Source: Neophaeotheca triangularis
Lineage: Eukaryota
DNA length: 64,000 nt
Assembly (NCBI GenBank): GCA_054600435.1
Contig: BAAIJX010000035.1
Location: 62,001-126,000 of the forward strand
Direction: 5' to 3'
In this document: positions 58,525-64,000 of the stretch, one piece after another
How positions within the stretch are numbered: position 1 is the first letter of the stretch
Layout: each line of letters begins with the position of its first letter
The notes under the pieces: generated by a model
Database searches by the model: none
The model's input: the letters and a program-made list of their open reading frames with translations, nothing else
What the model was told of the DNA's origin: nothing
Made by a program: the position numbers and the translations under genes

Positions 58525-59610
58525 TCATTTGTCACCACCCAGCGATAGACGAATTCGCTCGTGCACAGTAGCACAACAAAAACCCATGATATCCTCGGGG
58601 CTGCGGGTAGCATTATCGGTGCCGGTGACTTTCCAGATGGCGTGCAAGTCGTGGACAACGCCGTTGGTGACGATTTCGACTTTGCAGCCTCGCTTGCGGT
58701 TCGCTTCGACAGCCATGAGCAGCATGGGTTTGATCCAATTGACAGCCTCATCGCTGTTGTCATCCGTGCCCTTGATGAGGGCCTCGGTGGGTTGCATCAG
58801 CAAGAGACGCAGGTGGAGCTTGGTGAGGCCAGTCATTTCTTGGCTGAAAAAGTTCCAGAGCTCCACCCAATCGCGTTTTGAGTTTCCGTTGCGGACGGGA
58901 TGGTGTGGCAGGCGGAAGTACAGGCGGAAGTGCCGAATGCAATGTAGGCGTTGCGGGGGGATAGTGATTTTGAGGAAGCGGAACGCGGCCCAGTTTTGGG
59001 TGAATTCGAAAGCGTTGGAGCCGTAGAGGGTTTCTATAGCTTCTGAGTAGATGACTCGGCAGGTCACTAAGAGTGGCAAGAGGCCTGTCGCGGTCTCATA
59101 GTCGTCTCGAGGCGCTGATGAAGGTCTCTGCGTCGTAGCAATGTGGCAATCGCCGTGGACTTGGGGTTCGTTAATGCGTCCGGGAACGCGGCATACGTTG
59201 TGGAGGATGCGTGCTCGCGATTCTGTCCCTTGCAAGTGGAACGCCATCCCGCCGAGCACCATTTCGTAGATGATCAAGCGGATCTCGAGGGGCAATTTGG
59301 TGAGAAAGGCGCAATGGGGCTGGCTCGAGGTATGTTGCGCAGACTCGGTAGCCATGAAGACTTGCAGGCGATGCATGAAGCTGTCCTCGGACGGATCGAG
59401 AGGCCCGGTCAAGGCTCGTTGCCGTCTTGGACGCTTTTCGCGCAAAGTTGGACCAAAGGGCAGACCTTTCCAAGGCTCGATTTGTTTTTGCGCCCATTGT
59501 ACTGAAGGGTTTGCTAAGACCCAGGCGCTGATGGCCCAGTTGCCGAGAGAGTATGGATAAAAGTCAGCCGGGCATCGGTAGAGGCCAGCGGGAAACTCAC
59601 TGAGATCCAT
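58525..59610 (-). CDS. Conserved fungal hypothetical protein with an F-box-like motif
   Basis: 361-aa ORF with FLTKLPLEIRLIIYEMVLGG and LLPLLVTCRVIYSEAIETLYGSNAFEF, a motif pair common in ascomycete hypothetical proteins. Confidence 0.8.
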   Translation of the reverse strand: MDLSEFPAGLYRCPADFYPYSLGNWAISAWVLANPSVQWAQKQIEPWKGLPFGPTLREKRPRRQRALTGPLDPSEDSFMHRLQVFMATESAQHTSSQPHCAFLTKLPLEIRLIIYEMVLGGMAFHLQGTESRARILHNVCRVPGRINEPQVHGDCHIATTQRPSSAPRDDYETATGLLPLLVTCRVIYSEAIETLYGSNAFEFTQNWAAFRFLKITIPPQRLHCIRHFRLYFRLPHHPVRNGNSKRDWVELWNFFSQEMTGLTKLHLRLLLMQPTEALIKGTDDNSDEAVNWIKPMLLMAVEANRKRGCKVEIVTNGVVHDLHAIWKVTGTDNATRSPEDIMGFCCATVHERIRLSLGGDK

Positions 59611-59881
59611 GTGAGAGAGAGCAGTGTCAGTCGACTTTGGCCAGTCGTAGGCAGTGCGTCTGCTATTATATAGCAGGTATTATTATGCGAGAACTGGCTA
59701 GTATGATGCCAGTCTTGTGTGCTTTGTGCTTTTGGCTTTTAGCTGACGACTGTTTCATCGTCTCAGCCCTAATGAGGCCCGGCCAGCGCAGAGGTGGTGT
59801 GGTGTATAAGGTACAGTACAAGGCAGGTAGTAGTAAAGTACAAAAATACAGACAGACAGACAGCACACGGTGATGAGATGC

Positions 59882-60070
59882 ACCGCCGCCGCCACCACCA
59901 CCACCACCACCACCACCACCTTCACTGTTCCTTGATTTGATTAGATTACCACCACCGTCCCCGGCTGACTATCATGTGCTTGTGGTTGTACAGCTGCTGC
60001 TGACGATGTTGACGATGATCAGTCAGGAATGGAAGATAATGAAATATTGATTGATTGATTGATTGATTGA
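59882..60070. repeat. Microsatellites (CCG)n(CCA)n and (GATT)n
   Basis: ccgccgccgccaccaccaccacc... at about 59883-59920; attgattgattgattgattgattga at about 60046-60070. Confidence 0.85.
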
Positions 60071-60629
60071 GCACGCAACTTGATGGAAAGAATGTGTCAG
60101 ATTGAACCCCTGCCGCCAGTAGGGCTGAGTACGGAGGCCGCGGGCCGCGAAGCGCACTCCACCTTACTATGTACAGTAGTAGTACCTCAAGGTATGCATA
60201 CCCGTGGACTGTACAGAGCTTGAAGCTAACAAGAAGTCGCAAGCAAATACGAACGTGGCTTGCTGTTTGCGACCTGAGGTGACTAGAATTAGCTGGAAAC
60301 GAACGCCACTTAATGAGCGGCCATCATTCCGGCCGTAATGGCTCAGGCTTACTGTTTACGTTGCGGTATGTAGCCGCAGGCCTCGCGACAACCTTGGAAG
60401 TCTCCTTCAACATGGCCTCATCGAGCCCTTTCAGTTGCAACTTGTAACATCAGGGCCGTCATTGCTTCTGAAACGAAAGTGGAACGACTAGAAGAGATAA
60501 TTCGCAAAAATCATCGATTCATATAGTCGTATCAAAATCTCATAGTATACATCATGTTCTCTTCGCCAAACAACGCCCTCGCTCAAGCCCAACAAAGACA
60601 TATCAACACAAAAGCATCGTGTGCCTCTA

Positions 60630-62421
60630 CTATCGCACAGCAAGCCCAGCAGCAACGGCCACTGGCAAAGCACCCATGGCAAAATTTACACGAGCTGCCG
60701 CAACAGCCGGGTTAGCGTCGTCGTCTCCGTCATCGTCTTCATCTTCATCAGCGTCGTCTTCATCCTGCGATCTATCGTTCGAACCAGGGGCTGGCGTACC
60801 TCCAGTATTGCCTCCATTGCCAGTTGCCCCGGGCGGCGGAACAGACAGGGTGCTATCCGGGTCTGCGCGTTGAATGGTGACCACACTGCTAGTGCGGGGT
60901 GCTCGCACGGCAGAGCGCTCGTCTTCCGGATGCAAGAAGAGCAGCATGGCTTGCACTGTCTCAAGCCCGGAGAGTTGCTGTCCTGTGCCGTAGTTATCGT
61001 TGTAGTCGCCCGTGTACCATCTCGAGCCACAGGTGACTCCATCGTCACCACCGGAGCAGGAGCGCGCGGCTGCTTCAGCAGAGGCGATGAGGTAGGGGCC
61101 GATGAAAGAGCGTGTGTAGGGTGCCATGATGGCGGTTTGGAGGAGCCAACGAGATAGATAGGCTTTGAAGGAGAGCTGGTCGGTGTTGCAGTTGTTGGCT
61201 ATTTCGCAGGATCTCTCGTACATGATATCTGTGGCATTGTCAAAAGGCGTGAAGAACAGCTGCGATGTGCGCTGGAGGAGCCCAGTAGTACGCTCTTCCC
61301 ATACAGTCGAGCCATTCGTGTAGTTGTACAACATGGCGGTGCCGTATAGGAGGACGGCCGGGTTGTAAGACCACCTGGTATGATCCAACTCGCTACAGTT
61401 GAGTGTTGAGTCGCTGCCATCAAACACTGTGAAGCTGTCGTCTATGAGGCCGATACCCGACATCCTGCACATTATCAGCCGTGATCGTTTGTTCACAAAG
61501 TGATGCCGATCTTACCAGTCCCACGCTTTCTCTGCCAAGTCGACATACGTCGAGTTACCAGTGTACCGAGCCAATCTCGCGGCAATCTGAAAGAAAGCAC
61601 CGTTGCTGATGCTGTTTTTGTAGTCATAGCCGGCGTTCTCTTCGAAGACCTGCCTGCGACGTGTCAGCTAAGTACACACGACAACGAGAGGAGCGCTTAA
61701 CCATCTCAGTCCACCATTACAAGTCTCCTCGTCCCATCGCCGCACCATGGTGTTGAAAGCGGCCTCGGCCAAATCTAACCACTGGGGCTGGTTTTCGGGC
61801 GGATCAGGAAAGTCGTACTCGGCGGCTGTGAGCGCAGCAATAGCCCAGAATGCCTGTGGGCGACCGGACATGTTGTTAGCTTGCCTTGCTGGATGATTGT
61901 GGATCTAAAGCAGCTTTGTGTGGCGCGACGTACCTGATCATCATTCCCAAGGCTCGCGAAATACGCCGGTGGCATGAAGTTGTTGTCGGGCCCCGTCTGT
62001 GCCTGCAGTGCCTGCGAGATGGTCGGGTTGTAGCTGGAATCGTTCGTGTACGCCCAATAGTTGATCATGCCGCCCCAGATTGCGCCGGCCTCCCTGTGGA
62101 ACAATCAATATTTGCCATGGGGCAGGACTGTATTGAGTCGACTTGCCACCAGTAGTGTGGGCTGGGAAAGGTCCCGATGGCCGATGCAGGTGTATCCGAG
62201 CCGTTGTTCTGGTACCAAGACATGAGGTTAAAAGCAAGTGCGGCGGAAGCATCCTTGATCGAAGCTTCAGAAACATGTCAGTATGTCAGTACGAGTACCT
62301 ATCCAAGGTCCTTCGGGTATCTGATGTTCGAACCGGTAGAGTTCACGTCCAGCTCAACCGCATTGACGACATGCAGACCAGCTGCTGTCGCAGCCAAGAT
62401 GAGATTGAAAGAGCGCATCAT
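60630..62421 (-). CDS. GH76 mannan endo-1,6-alpha-mannosidase/transglycosylase (Dfg5/Dcw1 family), GPI-type; multi-exon
   Basis: Signal peptide [80 protein letters not shown]; hydrophobic C-terminal tail. One intron is GC-AG (62146-62094). Confidence 0.93.
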
Positions 62422-63311
62422 GATGCATGGGAGGCGTGGCGGAGTGTGTCAGTCGTGAGGTGAGGAAAGTGATTGAGCGAGGGGGTGTCGTGAACGTTCG
62501 CGGCCTCGGACAGATGAGGTTGTAAATGGACCTGTTGATCGCCCCCCGGAGCCAGGATACCTGGTACTGATACTGAAGTCACAAAAGTGGAAGTGTCGAC
62601 GTAGGCCGAGCAATCACTGGCACCCTCCACTCCCATCCTTCCCTCTCACACAAGCCAAGCAGCGAAAGCGGGTTTCAAGCGCCTGCCGTGTAATACGAAT
62701 AATACTTACGGTACTAGTAGGTAGTTAATGTAGGTACCAGTCACTCAACAGACAGCGCACTGGCTCTATGCAAGAACAAAGGGAGATAGAACGTAGAAGA
62801 ACATGAACCCAACACCACAAGGTTTACGGTAGGTCAAGGGTTTGGGCTGTAAAGGGAACATGTTGGTTTTGGGTTTCGTATGCCTATTCTTCCTACCTAC
62901 TTGACGTAGTAGGTGCATTATAAATAGCTGTGCCCGACGACACTATTCAGTAACTCCTTACGTTGCTCAGTTGCTCATAGAGGTCAAGGTGAAGAGAAGG
63001 TGTTGATCGGCCTTTGCAAACCATACATCTTACATACTCGCGACTTCGCTGATCTATGTCTCCCCCTGTTGACTTTCGCCACTGCTCATTTGTGTGGGTG
63101 ACAGTCCCACTACCTCTTGCGTTGTGCGCGCCACGTGAAGCATCGCCGTCTCAGCACTGTCCAACGTGCCACGGCAGGAAGACTCACACCTCTGCAGTGC
63201 TCGCTCCTTTCCGAGAATACAGCGATTAGCGGCGGTGGCGTGCTTGCCCTGAACTTCTTCGTCGTGAGCACTACCTTGTCTGCTTCAACATTTTCCTAGC
63301 CATCAACTCAT

Positions 63312-64000
63312 CTAGCTATTGGAAGGCACCGTACTTCCTGTCCCTTCACCTCCCTCCTCAGGCTTCTTCCCGCCCGGACCATTGAACGGCGGAATTTCGA
63401 AGGGGGGAGGCAAGACGTTCTCCCCATCTTCGCCGTCCGGCATCTTCATCTGGGTGCTCGGGTCAACCTTGATGAGCGAGTCAGGTAGCTTCTCGCCCTT
63501 GACAGCCTTTTCAATCTCATCGCGAGTCAATGTCTCATACTCCACCAATGCTTTAGCCAAGCGATCTAGCCCTTCTCTGTTCTCAGTCAACAGCGCAACT
63601 GCTCGTTTTCGTCCGTCCTCGACCATACGTCGGACTTCGTTTTCGATCTGTTGCTTCGTCTCGCTTGAAAGTCGTCCGTACTCGTTGGCTAAGTCAACGT
63701 TACCGAGTTTGTCGCTCATGCCTGCCCTCGTGACCATGTAGTAGGCAACATTGGTAGCATTCGTGATATCGCTGCTTGCACCAGTGGTGACATAATCGGG
63801 ACCGTACACAAGCTCTTCCGCAACCTTGCCTCCCATTGCCATGTCGATACGCGCCTGAAGCTCTCGCTTGCTCTCGGAGACCTTGTCGAGTTCTGGCAAG
63901 AAAGAAGTAATTCCGAGAGCATGGCCGCGAGGCATGATTGTCGCCTTGTAGAGAGGCGTTGAAGCTTCAGTAAGCAGAGCGACGAGGGCATGGCCTCCTT
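63312..64000 (-). CDS. YME1: Mitochondrial i-AAA protease Yme1 (FtsH family, peptidase M41 domain), 3' part only
   Basis: Window edge reads EGGHALVALLTEASTPLYKATIMPRGHALGIT...MGGKVAEEL...TTGASSD...AGMSDKLG...LAKALVEYETL; stop at 63312-63314. Confidence 0.92.
   Translation of the reverse strand, partial: GGHALVALLTEASTPLYKATIMPRGHALGITSFLPELDKVSESKRELQARIDMAMGGKVAEELVYGPDYVTTGASSDITNATNVAYYMVTRAGMSDKLGNVDLANEYGRLSSETKQQIENEVRRMVEDGRKRAVALLTENREGLDRLAKALVEYETLTRDEIEKAVKGEKLPDSLIKVDPSTQMKMPDGEDGENVLPPPFEIPPFNGPGGKKPEEGGEGTGSTVPSNS

Noticed and set aside
1..64000. tRNA, rRNA, CRISPR arrays, intact transposons, secondary-metabolite backbone genes
   Set aside because: I saw no cloverleaf or rRNA signatures, spaced direct repeats, transposase/RT motifs, LTRs/TIRs or PKS/NRPS domains by eye; small ncRNAs cannot be excluded without Infernal or tRNAscan-SE.

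Overview
Gene-dense, intron-containing fungal DNA from a filamentous ascomycete (Pezizomycotina, Dothideomycete-like; this placement is inferred from gene style). I can support 21 protein-coding genes. In order: a divergent SUMO-like gene running off the left edge, a class-3 lipase, an ACS-family MFS transporter, Blm10/PA200, GINS Psf3, a DenD-like dehydrogenase facing a class II ketose-bisphosphate aldolase, an SDR, Aha1, a conserved hypothetical protein, GPI18/PIG-V, a butanediol-dehydrogenase-like MDR, an aldo-keto reductase, dynactin p27, meiotic Hop1, a 1188-aa hypothetical protein, ERG27, an intronless alpha-1,3-glucan synthase divergent from a GPI-type GH13 amylase, an F-box-like hypothetical protein, a GH76 Dfg5/Dcw1 gene and the 3' end of Yme1. 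I recognised no tRNA, rRNA, CRISPR array or intact transposon. The most notable observations are: (1) a SUMO paralogue whose di-glycine motif is followed by at least 47 further residues, suggesting a SUMO-fusion precursor; (2) a candidate sugar-acid catabolic gene pair with a shared promoter motif; (3) an ags-amylase-GH76 cell-wall neighbourhood whose amylase has an altered conserved region II; (4) a GC-AG intron; and (5) faint kinase-like and ubiquitin-like relics in intergenic DNA. All calls come from reading the sequence by eye; no searches were run.
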